NCBI GenBank assembly: GCA_964419495.1
Contig: CAYQQX010000004.1
Coordinates: 5,165 to 69,164 of the forward strand
Length of the DNA stretch: 64,000 nt
Direction of reading: 5' to 3'
DNA from: an uncultured Anaerolineales bacterium
GTDB taxonomy: Bacteria; Chloroflexota; Anaerolineae; Anaerolineales; UBA11858
The notes under the pieces were generated by a model that was given only the letters and a program-made list of their open reading frames with translations, made no database searches and had not been told where the DNA came from. Positions 45,269 to 55,248 of the stretch are shown here, piece by piece. How positions within the stretch are numbered: the first letter of the stretch is position 1; each line of letters opens with the position of its first letter. The position numbers and the translations under genes were made by a program.

Positions 45269-45446
45269 GGACGGAAACTTTTCAGCTTGGCGACTACAAC
45301 TTGATCGGGGACGATATCGACTTCTTTGAGAACATCTACATTGATATAGGACCCATAGAAAAAGGTCCATACTAAGGGTTGGTTCACTCGAAAACTCCTT
45401 TTACAGCTCTGAGTGGAGCTCAGTTCACTCTAAGGTAGCTGGCGAA

Positions 45447-45797
45447 TTATTTCTTGCGGAATAGTTGTATGTAACCGAAGTAGATCAACGCTACCAACAT
45501 AGGTACAAAGATAAGCGCTTTGCCAATGGTGGCGAGGCTAAAGTCATTGAAATTGAAAATTCCCAATATCGGAACTGCGACCATCAGAATCGCGATGATG
45601 GTAAATAATATGAAAACTTTCTTGCCCCGTAATTGAAAATACAATACCATAGCGGGAATCAACATGACTAGTAAACCTATTAGGGAGGCTGGATCAAAGG
45701 CATCAATTCCCACATTTACTATTGCGTCATAGATGAAAAAGCCCAAAAATCCAACGACGAACAAAATCAGATAAATCCAAAGTGCTTTTTTCCACAT
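45447..45797 (-). CDS. Small polytopic membrane protein
   Basis: Start at M18 (MWKKALWIYLILF). Four hydrophobic helices. No family recognised. Confidence 0.5.
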   Translation of the reverse strand: MWKKALWIYLILFVVGFLGFFIYDAIVNVGIDAFDPASLIGLLVMLIPAMVLYFQLRGKKVFILFTIIAILMVAVPILGIFNFNDFSLATIGKALIFVPMLVALIYFGYIQLFRKK

Positions 45798-45886
45798 GGT
45801 AATCTCCTTTGATTCTCCTAATGATTGATATGGATTATAGCATTTCAATTAAAAAAGTCGCATGGCCGTACCCATATCGGTGAAGA

Positions 45887-46288
45887 TCATACCTTTTTCA
45901 AGTAGTCTTCAAATTTCTCCAGTGCTTCACCAAACTTGCGGCGTCCAAAACCCATGCGCATGTATTTGTCATCATAGCCCAATGTTGTAGCCGGCTGGAT
46001 CTGGGAAAAGGGCATAATCTTTTTTGATGTTCCCTTTGGGAAAATATTGTAGCTGTGTTGCTTCACCGTTGTCGATGAGTTTTTGAATGCCGTTTGCAGT
46101 TTATAAATTGTAGAGATTGATGACATCTTCCGCGCTAACCATATTCTCACTCTTTGAAATAAGATAAATGTTTGGGTCTCTAGGAATCGCCGTGGTAAGG
46201 TTCCACATTTGCTACCCCCAAATGAGAGGTCTCTCACGGGAATTCCCATAGAACGAAATGTTTTAGTCTCACCGATGAATGGATCCAC
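45887..46288 (-). pseudogene. Uncertain: decayed gene (coding signal spread over two frames)
   Basis: The track ORF has an implausible N-terminus. An alternative frame reads MVSAEDVINLYNL*TANGIQKLIDNGEATQLQYFPKGNIKKDYALFPDPAGYNIG, then joins the track frame (YDDKYMRMGFGRRKFGEALEKF). Confidence 0.3.
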
Positions 46289-46409
46289 TAGGATTGCCCA
46301 GTCAGTATAACGATTCTATCTGGCAATGGCAATATAGCCAATCGATAACGCCACCCTAAAGGATGGCGTTATATCGAAATAGATTCAGTTTGAAAGACAG
46401 TCTTTGGGA

Positions 46410-46670
46410 TCAATCTTTGCCAAGCTGGGCAACAACAAATTTTGCCGCATTAGCCGTCCAATCTCCCTCCCCAGGAACATTTTCTAACCAGGATGATAAC
46501 TCGCTGGGTGTAACAAAATCTCCCAGACGCCCCAAGACATATGCCGCATACCAGCCCGGCCATAGTTCATCGTGAACACCTTTAAGGGCGTTCATTTCAT
46601 ATTCGTGATGGGCATTCCAGGCTGCTTGCAGTGTTTGGTGGAGTTCTTCTTGTGTTGGTTGAGCAGACAT
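46410..46670 (-). CDS. Hypothetical small protein
   Basis: 86-aa ORF (HDELWPGWYAAYVLGRL). No family assigned. Confidence 0.5.
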   Translation of the reverse strand: MSAQPTQEELHQTLQAAWNAHHEYEMNALKGVHDELWPGWYAAYVLGRLGDFVTPSELSSWLENVPGEGDWTANAAKFVVAQLGKD

Positions 46671-46712
46671 TTATTTTCTCCTTCTAAAATATCAGATCCC
46701 TAAACCCAAGGC

Positions 46713-47189
46713 TCACAGGGAATCGCGGTAAACATTGATCTGGGCAACGTGCTCGCGCTTATGCGCATAATTTGTGTACACAACAAAATCATTTAAACAA
46801 TACTCATCGCCGTACCACGGGATCGTGCCATTCTCGCGAAACACCTCGGCGGGAATTTTTTGTGCTATTTCAGCAACAATTGCCTGGGTAGTGGAGTATT
46901 CTTCTAAAATCTCCGCTACACTCATATTCTTGCGCTTGGATACTTCTACATCATTAAAATCTTCGTCTCCCTGGTTGAGATATGCATTTAGCGTCGGCAA
47001 TTCCTCTTCACCCGAGATTGAACTAAGGACATCCTTGAGTAAGTGTTCAAAGGAGATCAAGTGAGCCATGATCTCTTGCACAGACCAGACACCACAAACG
47101 CCTCCGACCCCCCAATACTGTTCGTCTAAATCACTCACTGTGTCGAAAACCATTAAATTTCCATATTTGAGAATGTCATTTACATTCAT
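46713..47189 (-). CDS. DinB/ClbS-like four-helix-bundle protein
   Basis: 158 aa with WSVQEIMAHLISFEHLL and a C-terminal YAHKREHVAQI His pattern. Confidence 0.55.
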   Translation of the reverse strand: MNVNDILKYGNLMVFDTVSDLDEQYWGVGGVCGVWSVQEIMAHLISFEHLLKDVLSSISGEEELPTLNAYLNQGDEDFNDVEVSKRKNMSVAEILEEYSTTQAIVAEIAQKIPAEVFRENGTIPWYGDEYCLNDFVVYTNYAHKREHVAQINVYRDSL

Positions 47190-47508
47190 AATTTTTCTCC
47201 AATCGATGTTGATTCGAAACCGCTAAAGAATGATGCTCAAATGAAAAGACGCACTAGCAGGAGTGCGCCTTACTTGATATTTGAGAGCGTGTCTAATTGA
47301 GGCAGGATTTCAGTTGCTTGGTGGGGTATAAACAGGCGGGGGTATTAGCGTTTTCCTAATAGTACAAACTACAGCATTTTTACTGGCGATAGAAAGTTTT
47401 CCAGAATAATATTTGATTTGAGAATACATCGCATTTTTTGAGTGAAGCAGTGATTTCTAGGAATACGTGGCATGCAATATGTATTCATACAAAAGAGACT
47501 CCTGCTTC

Positions 47509-47742
47509 TCAAAAAACATATTTATATAGCAAGTAAGCAACTATGATCAAAAGTAATATGATAAGAAATAATATCTCATTAAATTTGGTCTCATCAAGTT
47601 TTATATAGCCACGCCTTTCACTTAGCTGGTTGGTTATGTTTACAGCATCAGATTTCCGGAGATTAGGATCTAGTGGTTCTTGTGTGTAGGAGAAATATCT
47701 ATCAGTGGGATTTTCTTGTTTTTCTTGACTATTCTTCGGCAT
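47509..47742 (-). CDS. Possible small membrane protein (very AT-rich)
   Basis: Track ORF 47509..47772 with an internal M at 47742. One C-terminal TM helix (ILFLIILLLIIVAYLLY). Weak coding signal. Confidence 0.25.
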   Translation of the reverse strand: MPKNSQEKQENPTDRYFSYTQEPLDPNLRKSDAVNITNQLSERRGYIKLDETKFNEILFLIILLLIIVAYLLYKYVF

Positions 47743-48031
47743 TGAGTTTTTCCTATAATATAAATAAAACACCCACCGCCATCATCGGGATGAGTGAAAT
47801 TTTCAGAGTTGCCTATTCCATTGTCGCCCCGATGGTGCGGGCTGATATGTTGGGGGCATTATAGCATACTGATATTTACACCATCTATATTTGTGAATAT
47901 CAATGTTAGGAGTTACACAGATGAAGTGAGTAACTCCTAAATATCACAAAAAAATAGGTCAATTTCCATATGAAGATACCATCTGCTCTTTTTTTACTTA
48001 CATGTTCATTAAGTGGACTCCGAAAAGCTCT

Positions 48032-48139
48032 TTAATTTCCTGTCATCCTGAAGTATCCTTCTCTGGCTAATCGTTGGGCATAGGCAGCGCCAATGCTGCT
48101 GGTGGCACCTGTGACAAAGGCTGTTGGTTTATCTATCAT
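48032..48139 (-). pseudogene. 5' stub of a short-chain dehydrogenase/reductase gene
   Basis: ATG at 48139 overlaps the upstream stop (ATGA). MIDKPTAFVTGATSSIGAAYAQRLAREGY (TGxxxxIG cofactor motif) diverges after that and stops after 35 codons. Confidence 0.6.
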
Positions 48140-49579
48140 GCTGCTCTCTCGATAATCTCTACAATTCCCTGGCCGCCATCAACACGAACGAGATCTCCGG
48201 TTTTGAGCACTGAAGAGGCATTGAAGCAACCTGCCACGGCTGGGATTCCCAGTTCTCGGGCGACGATGGCGGCATGTGAAAGCGGCGCGCCCACATCGGT
48301 GATCACTGCCGCGGCGCGCGGAAAGATGGGAGTCCAGCCAACGTTAGTGGTGATAGCCACCAAGATTTCACCCGGTTGTAGTTGATCGCCCTCCTGGGCA
48401 GAGTTAAAAATCCGCACGCTCCCTTCGACGGTCCTGGCGGAGCCGGATGAGCCTTCGATCTGGCTATTAATGATTTCGTCATGCTCCATGAAAAAGGCAT
48501 CGTCCTCAAGCCCTGTTAACTGTCCAACACGTTGGACAAACGTACGCGAAATCCAGAATGCGCGCATGCCATCAGAGCGTCCCGCCTCGCTCAGGCGAGT
48601 TAGACGGGCTGCTTCACCCAGTCTTTTCTGGAGCGCATCGAATTTCCTGGGAGTGATTTGGAGTAAATTTTTCAGCGCAGAGTTGTAGCGCATGCTTTGC
48701 TCACGTAGAAGTGAGTCAACATCTTGCGGAGCATATTCGAGGTTTGCTAATTGTCGATCGATCCATTCTGGATCCTTGGCTGGTCGAGGAATGAACAGCT
48801 CTGCCTCATGTGGGCCGCGATGCCCATATGCTATTTCATATTCTTTCCGGTTGATATGCCCTCTTCGCAGACGATCTAGTCCGGCAACAATGCCAAGGCT
48901 AGCCAGGATCTCATCTTTGCTGCTGACATTCGACAGTAGTGCTACGGTGTCGTCCGGACCGACGATCTGGTTTAAATCCGCGCGCAGTTTGCTGATCGAA
49001 TTCGATAAGGCAATCGCCGGGCTGACCATCACCCAAAAGGTTCTGATCATGTAGGGTAGCAGAGACTCTTCTGACCAGCGAATGAGATCTCCCTTCTCCA
49101 TCTTTAGAAGATCGCGGTGCTGAGTGTCACACCAGGATGGGTTGGCATCGATAAAGTGATCTATATCTTTCAATGCCCTTTTGACATTGGACATGATCTG
49201 AATCACATTACGCTAAACGCGTTATTTTGTCGATAAAAGTGGTTGGAATATAAGAGATTTTCCAATCACCAAGATCATTTGGATCGATACCGTATAGCTC
49301 TTTGCTGGATGCATCAAATGAATTTTGCCGACCGAGTATTTTGAAAGCCGTGGCTCCTACACTGCCGTTGTTGTAGATGTGACCGCAGATATTACCGATA
49401 GGCAAAAAGCCGGGTAGCATGATCATTTGTGCAAACCCGTTACGCATCGCAGACCAGGAATAAGGTGTCATTACATCAGGAGATGCCTCGCGGGTAATGA
49501 CGCTCGATCACAGATAGTTGCAGGTCAGGCTGTCATTCCACTCGCCTGTTTCAGCGTTGTAGCCGTTGATTTTGAACAT
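48136..49579 (-). pseudogene. Stand-alone PEP-utilising module (central domain + phosphohistidine swivel, no ATP-grasp), disrupted
   Basis: ATG at 49579 gives MFKINGYNAETGEWNDSLTCNYL, then in-frame TGA (49508-49510), then SSVITREASPDVMTPYSWSAM... A frame break lies at 49207-49210. The tail contains ITTNVGWTPIFPRAAAVITDVGAPLSHAAIVARELGIPAV. Confidence 0.7.
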
Positions 49580-49603
49580 GCTGAATCATTTGCCAGGTAG
49601 GTT

Positions 49604-50893
49604 TCATGCCTGAGGAATATTTTTCTTCTTGAGGATATTCTTCTGAACCCAAGTTGCCATTTGCCAGGCCGCTGCCCCGGCTAAGAGATAAAGAACCCAG
49701 TCAATAGGGATGCGGTAGCGGGGCATGTAGCCGACCACATAGTAGACTAGTGGAAATGTCCCCAAGGGGATTAGCAGTGCGACGCGCTGGGGGATTGTCA
49801 GAAGAGACCATATACGCCAAAATCCCAGGATCGCCAGCATCGTCAGTACGCTGACGCCCAAGGCAATCCCAAAATTGTAAGGGGGTCCAAACCAGACGTT
49901 GACAACGCGCAGCGCTGTCAATTTAGTGAATTCCACCGGATTTGTTTTGATCCATTCAAAGGCCTCGGTTTTAGCTTCCTGCATGTAAGCCATCTCGCCG
50001 ACTTCGCGCAATCTCATGGCATCTGCGATATGGGCTGCGGGATGGCGATGTTCATCACCCAGCGCGTCCATGATTTCCATTGTGGGGGCCGCGCCTTCAT
50101 GATTGCCCATGCGCAGCTCTAACCCAAAGTTGCTGCGGATAAAGAAGATTGAGTCGAAAGCGACGTAGTTGCGCCAGCCCCATGGGATGCTGGCTGCCAA
50201 AATTCCAACGATCACTACACCAGCGTAGGCCCACCTTTTCGAGTTTCGAGACCAGAACAATTCGAAAATCAAACAACCCAAGATGACAGTCAGCAAGGCT
50301 GGCTGCACATGAAACGCGACGCTGATTCCTACTCCTAAAAGCAGCGAACCACCCCAGGTGTAATGCTGATGATCCCAGCGCCGAAGGAAGGCGACCAAAA
50401 TAAAACCCATGGCGATCGCGGCCAGGTATTCTCCATGCCCCGGCCATTCGACGAACAGCGCGCCAGCAACACCACCAATGATCCCTGGTTGTATGCCCAA
50501 CCCCATCTTTTCTGATAACCAAGGCAGCAGCGCGTAGATAATCGAGCCAGTCAGGACCATGAGCTGCATGCTGCGAAGGCCGCCTAATGATGTCAATCCA
50601 TAGATGCGATAGATAAAGCTGACAAGATAAGGATAGATGGGCGGCAGATGCGCGGTGGGTCCTGTGGTGATCATATATGGGTTAGCGAAACCTTCACCAT
50701 TGAACAGCGAAATGGCGATGGAACTGAGTTCCCAGCCAGGGTTGGGGCGCATGTAGCGGCTGGGAATCTTTGATAACTCAGCGCTGCGAACCCTAAATGC
50801 TAGCATGAAGATCAGGATGAAGGCCATCACCTTAGGCTGGGTCAACCAACCTAAGGCTATCTGAGATTTTTCTCTAATTCTTAAATTCTTCAT
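49604..50893 (-). CDS. Polytopic membrane protein, GT-C (ArnT/PMT, GT39-like) glycosyltransferase candidate
   Basis: 429 aa with about 11 TM helices. The first loop NPGWELSSIAISLFNGEGFANPY resembles the GT39/GT83 DE-loop region. Weak assignment. Confidence 0.5.
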   Translation of the reverse strand: MKNLRIREKSQIALGWLTQPKVMAFILIFMLAFRVRSAELSKIPSRYMRPNPGWELSSIAISLFNGEGFANPYMITTGPTAHLPPIYPYLVSFIYRIYGLTSLGGLRSMQLMVLTGSIIYALLPWLSEKMGLGIQPGIIGGVAGALFVEWPGHGEYLAAIAMGFILVAFLRRWDHQHYTWGGSLLLGVGISVAFHVQPALLTVILGCLIFELFWSRNSKRWAYAGVVIVGILAASIPWGWRNYVAFDSIFFIRSNFGLELRMGNHEGAAPTMEIMDALGDEHRHPAAHIADAMRLREVGEMAYMQEAKTEAFEWIKTNPVEFTKLTALRVVNVWFGPPYNFGIALGVSVLTMLAILGFWRIWSLLTIPQRVALLIPLGTFPLVYYVVGYMPRYRIPIDWVLYLLAGAAAWQMATWVQKNILKKKNIPQA

Positions 50894-50929
50894 TGCCAGC
50901 TCCTCTAAGTTTGCTCCTAAGAGGTCAGA

Positions 50930-53900
50930 TCATTCCCCATTGTGGATCTTGATCGTTCCCGCGTTGCCATCAACGGTGATTGTCTGTCCGCTTTGAATGC
51001 GCTTTGTGGCCACACCCGTCCCCATGACAGCCGGGATGCCGAATTCACGGGCCACGATCGAGCCGTGGCTGAGCGGGCCACCAATATCGGTGACAACTGC
51101 AGCTGCCATTGAAAAGAGCGGCGTCCAAGCAGGGGTAGTGGTGTTTGCAACCAGAACATCACCTGGGCGCATCTGATCAAAATCCTCGGGGCCAAGCAGG
51201 ATTCGGGCTGGGGCTGTCACACTGCCAACACTGGTCGGCTCGCCTTTGAGCGTATCTCCTGTCTGCGACTCTCCCGTTTGTGCGATAAAAAGATCTGACT
51301 TGATGCCCATCATTCTTTCTTTGTAAGGTAGCATCGGGGGCGGAGTCTCATCTTTTGCGCGTTGCCAAAAATCCCTGCGTTCGGAAACGTGCCCCGCCAA
51401 TTTATCTACGCCTATGTCACTTTCCAGGTTCGCCACACAAAGATCAATCTCTTCCTTCTCCAGCCAAAAGACATCGTCCCTGGCGGTGATTGCTCCTGCG
51501 GAGACAAATCGATCTCCTAACTCGCGTAGCAGCTGGCGCAATTTGGGGAACGCCAATCCAATTTCTGCGATGGCGTCCTCGCGGACTTCGGCCATTTTTT
51601 GTCCCCAATTGAGCGCAGTGCGGAAGATCCAACCTTTAAGGCCCTTGACACGCCCCAGCATCTCCTGGGAAGTCTGAATTCGGATGGCTTCGTTCTTACG
51701 CTGACGTTCATAGGGGTTGCTGCCTTGGCCGCTGAGATATAGCTTGACCATTTCGAGCATCGGTTCAGGGTGATCAAGGGGTAGGTCATAGGCAAAGTCC
51801 ATTTGATAGATGATGTGACCAAACTGCTTCAGATGTTGATTGAATTTCTTTTGCAGCGCTTCAAATTCTTCGCAGTCGACCTCGGCGGGTGGACTACCAG
51901 CAGCGAGGAGTTTTGCAAGTGTTGTGGTGGGTGTCTGTTGGATATATGTGTTGAGAGCGGCTCTCTCACGGCACCACATGGCCAGATCGTAGAGCGACTT
52001 TTCTGAATGAATGGTGATGTTGTCCCAGCCCATCAAAAGCACGGTAGCGCTGGGGGCACCATCGTTTTGCGCCATTTTTTTGTAAACTCTAGTGAGCAGT
52101 CCTTCTGAACCTGCAGAGGCTCCCATGGTGGCAAACATAATTCCGCATAGATATGTCATCGCTTCGGCCACGATCTCTTGGGCTTGTGCCCAAAGATCGG
52201 CGACAGATAATTCACTGGGAACTATTTTTTCTATCTCTGCCGCATAGGCCTGGTATTCTGGGTGCAGCTCATCTCGCCAAATGGGGACAAGATTCTTGAG
52301 CAGTTTTGGATAGGCGGGCAGCATGCGCGTCAGCAGCCACCAGAAAGCTTTGGGCGGGTACGTTGAGTTCATGTAAGCATACGTGTTGATCTCAGTGAAG
52401 TAATCTTCTGCCAAAACGGGCTCTGAGCCCAACAAGCGTTTCCCGATTACGGGCATTTGTTGCTTGAAGGTGGGAATTCCCAACGTTAAGTAAAGCGGGC
52501 TCAGCGGGTCAGGCATTAAATCGACGATGCTGGCCCGCACGTAAGTGCCCTTAGGAGTAGGGGGTGCCCATTCGATGGCAGGGGCTTGGTCAGAATCCGG
52601 GGACGAGTCTGGGACGTCCAGCAGCACCGTTCCGTTGGTACCGTCGACAGTAATGGTCTGTCCATCCTGGATGCGCTTGGTTCCCACGCCTGAGCCCATC
52701 ACGGCGGGGATGCCGTATTCGCGCGCCACAATCGAGCCGTGGCTGAGCGGTCCGCCAACATCCGTGACCACCGCGGATGCCATGGCAAAGAGCGGCGTCC
52801 AGGCAGGCGTAGTCGTGGCCGCGACCAGCACATTGCCAGGTTTCATCTTGCCAAAGTCGGCGGGGCTGAGCAGTACACTGGCAGGCGCTGTCACAATGCC
52901 GGCACTCGTCGCCATACCGCTGAGAGTATCGCCCGCTTGTTCCTCGTCGGAGCCATGCACAAAGTGATCGGTTTTCATCCCTTTGACCCTTTTCTTCTTA
53001 GGGATGATGGGCGGCGGGGGCGAGTGGCTTACTCTTCCCGAAAATGCTTTGCGTGAATCCACACGACCCGAGAGACTCTCGGCGGTATTCCCGCTTTCAA
53101 GTTGCGCCAAGCTACCTTCAATTTCATCTTTCTCCAACCAGAAGATATCGTCTTTGTGTTGGACCCCGCCTGCATCGGCCAGACGCTGTCCCAGTTCGAG
53201 CAGCATGGCTCTCAATTGGGGATACCCGAGCCCGAGGTAGGCCAGGGCGTCATCGCGTGCTTCGGCGTTCGATTGGGCATAGTTGAGGGCCTTGGTAAAT
53301 GCCCACAGCCTGAAGCCTTTCAGACGCTGGAGTATGGCTTCCGTAGTCTCGACGCGCTTTGCTTCGCTGTTCTTCTGGCGCTGGTGTGGATCAGTTCCCT
53401 CACCGCGCAGGTACATCTTGATTATTTCCAGCATTGGCTCGGGATGTTCCAGCGGCAGCGGTTCGGCAAAGTCCAACGAGTAAATGATGTATCCATAGCG
53501 ATCCAAGTGAGATTGGAACCGGGAATCAAACTCGTCCCGTTGATCGATATCATCTCTCGAAGATCGTTGGGCCAATTCCTCTGTGGATGTCTCTAGAATA
53601 TGTCTGGCTAATTCATCGTGTTCTTTGATCCACATTGCCAGATCGAAAAGTGATTTTTCGGCCTTGACCGGGACGTTGTCGTAACCCATTAACAAAGTTG
53701 CTGCGGGCGGGTCTCCCTCACCCTGGGCCATTTTTTCGTAAACGCTTGTTAGAATGCCCTCAGAGCCGGCTGAATTTTTCATGGTGGAGTAGCGCAGCCC
53801 AGCCAGGTAATACATGGCCGCATCCAGAATTTCTTGCACATCTGTCCAAATTTCGTTTGAACTCATTTCGCCAGCCACTTTGTCTTTGTAAGCGGCGATC

Positions 53901-55189
53901 TTCTCTTGATATTCGGGCAGCATTTCATCTCGCCACATGGGAAGCAGGCGCATGATGCGCATAGTTGAGGGCAGCAGCCCGGTAAAGATCCAACGCACAG
54001 CTTCCGTGGGCACAGTTGTATTCATGTAGGCATAGCCGTTGATGGCCGTGAAATAATCCTTAGCAAAGGCCGGCTCGGAGCCCGTAATGCGCTCCGTCAT
54101 GGGGTAGGTTTGCTCAATCAATGCTGGCAGCCCTAAGGAAGCAAATAAAGGGCTCAACGGATCGGGCATCAGGTCGACGGCGCTGGTGCGCAGATAAACG
54201 CCCTTTGGATCAGGCGGCGACCAATCCAGGGGCGGATCGGGCAAAGCGGTTACCGGGCGCGCCTGCACGATGGCGAATTCGCCATCGGTCAGTGTCCACT
54301 CGATGTCCATAGGTATGCCATAAATTATTTCGATTTGATTTCCCAATTCTGTCAACTCAGCCGCCTGTTCATCGCTGAGGGCGGGGATATTTTGCAGATG
54401 TTCGGGAACGGGCTGTGTCTCAATACCGGAGTCTGTGGGCGCGGTTTGGATGCGTTTGGGGGCTAGCTCGCGGTTGATCACTGCACCCGAAGTTTTTTCT
54501 ACCGTGAAGGTGTCTGGCGTGACCTGACCTCCCACAATGGCTTCACCTAATCCCCAGGCGGCGTTGATCACGGCTTCGGCGCGCTGCCCGTTGAGCGGGT
54601 TGGCGGTGAACATGATCCCGGCTACCTCGGCGGGGATCATCGACTGCACAACCACGGCTAAGGCCACACCTTCAGACTCAATTTCTTGCCGCATGCGGTA
54701 GCCGATGGCGCGCCCTGTCCATAGCGAGGCCCAGCACTTTCTGACCGCCTCCAGAACTGCTTCTGGGCCGCGGACATTCAGGTAGGTTTCCTGCTGACCG
54801 GCAAAGGATGCCTCGGGTAAGTCTTCGGCAGTAGCCGACGAACGCACCGCCACAGCAGGGGAGTCAGTGCTGATTTGCGCATAGCCATCAAGGATGGCAT
54901 CTGCCAGGGATGGGGAAATCTCTCCAGCCAAGAACAGCTCATGGATTTCTTGAGATGCCGTCTCCAATGTTTGGGGGCTGGATAGATCTATGGGCGCAAG
55001 CGCACGCCGAATTCCAGGTTGCAGTTTGTTTTCTTTCACAAACAAGCGGTAAGCGTCTGTGGTGATGTGAAATCCGCCCGGAACCGGTAATCCGCCTCGG
55101 ATCAAGCGGGCCAGGGAAGCTCCTTTACCACCGACTGTTTCCAGCGTGGCTGCGGCGTTATCGAGGGGCAGTGTGTATTGATTAATCAT
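50930..55189 (-). CDS. Giant PEP-utilising (PEP synthase / rifampicin-phosphotransferase-like) enzyme: ATP-grasp head + two tandem [central + His-swivel] modules
   Basis: Start at M18 of the track ORF, behind GGAGA. PPDK_N motifs GGKGASLARL...PVPGGFHITTDAY. Two swivel domains carry GGPLSHGSIVAREYGIPAV and GGPLSHGSIVAREFGIPAV. The two ~550-aa units align end to end. Confidence 0.85.
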   Translation of the reverse strand: MINQYTLPLDNAAATLETVGGKGASLARLIRGGLPVPGGFHITTDAYRLFVKENKLQPGIRRALAPIDLSSPQTLETASQEIHELFLAGEISPSLADAILDGYAQISTDSPAVAVRSSATAEDLPEASFAGQQETYLNVRGPEAVLEAVRKCWASLWTGRAIGYRMRQEIESEGVALAVVVQSMIPAEVAGIMFTANPLNGQRAEAVINAAWGLGEAIVGGQVTPDTFTVEKTSGAVINRELAPKRIQTAPTDSGIETQPVPEHLQNIPALSDEQAAELTELGNQIEIIYGIPMDIEWTLTDGEFAIVQARPVTALPDPPLDWSPPDPKGVYLRTSAVDLMPDPLSPLFASLGLPALIEQTYPMTERITGSEPAFAKDYFTAINGYAYMNTTVPTEAVRWIFTGLLPSTMRIMRLLPMWRDEMLPEYQEKIAAYKDKVAGEMSSNEIWTDVQEILDAAMYYLAGLRYSTMKNSAGSEGILTSVYEKMAQGEGDPPAATLLMGYDNVPVKAEKSLFDLAMWIKEHDELARHILETSTEELAQRSSRDDIDQRDEFDSRFQSHLDRYGYIIYSLDFAEPLPLEHPEPMLEIIKMYLRGEGTDPHQRQKNSEAKRVETTEAILQRLKGFRLWAFTKALNYAQSNAEARDDALAYLGLGYPQLRAMLLELGQRLADAGGVQHKDDIFWLEKDEIEGSLAQLESGNTAESLSGRVDSRKAFSGRVSHSPPPPIIPKKKRVKGMKTDHFVHGSDEEQAGDTLSGMATSAGIVTAPASVLLSPADFGKMKPGNVLVAATTTPAWTPLFAMASAVVTDVGGPLSHGSIVAREYGIPAVMGSGVGTKRIQDGQTITVDGTNGTVLLDVPDSSPDSDQAPAIEWAPPTPKGTYVRASIVDLMPDPLSPLYLTLGIPTFKQQMPVIGKRLLGSEPVLAEDYFTEINTYAYMNSTYPPKAFWWLLTRMLPAYPKLLKNLVPIWRDELHPEYQAYAAEIEKIVPSELSVADLWAQAQEIVAEAMTYLCGIMFATMGASAGSEGLLTRVYKKMAQNDGAPSATVLLMGWDNITIHSEKSLYDLAMWCRERAALNTYIQQTPTTTLAKLLAAGSPPAEVDCEEFEALQKKFNQHLKQFGHIIYQMDFAYDLPLDHPEPMLEMVKLYLSGQGSNPYERQRKNEAIRIQTSQEMLGRVKGLKGWIFRTALNWGQKMAEVREDAIAEIGLAFPKLRQLLRELGDRFVSAGAITARDDVFWLEKEEIDLCVANLESDIGVDKLAGHVSERRDFWQRAKDETPPPMLPYKERMMGIKSDLFIAQTGESQTGDTLKGEPTSVGSVTAPARILLGPEDFDQMRPGDVLVANTTTPAWTPLFSMAAAVVTDIGGPLSHGSIVAREFGIPAVMGTGVATKRIQSGQTITVDGNAGTIKIHNGE

Positions 55190-55248
55190 TTCTATCTCCA
55201 AAAATACTATCAAAACGAACGATGGTCGCTTCTGTTGCAAAAAAATAT

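Noticed and set aside
15020-49510. In-frame TGA codons (15020-15022 and 49508-49510) as evidence for TGA recoding (genetic code 4/25 or selenocysteine)
   Set aside because: The expected residues differ (Arg in HHRVKNN, probably Trp in NYLWSS). Many well-supported genes here terminate at TGA (e.g. 30944..31933, rdhB). No SECIS-like context or selenoprotein family is involved. Simple transition mutations explain both.
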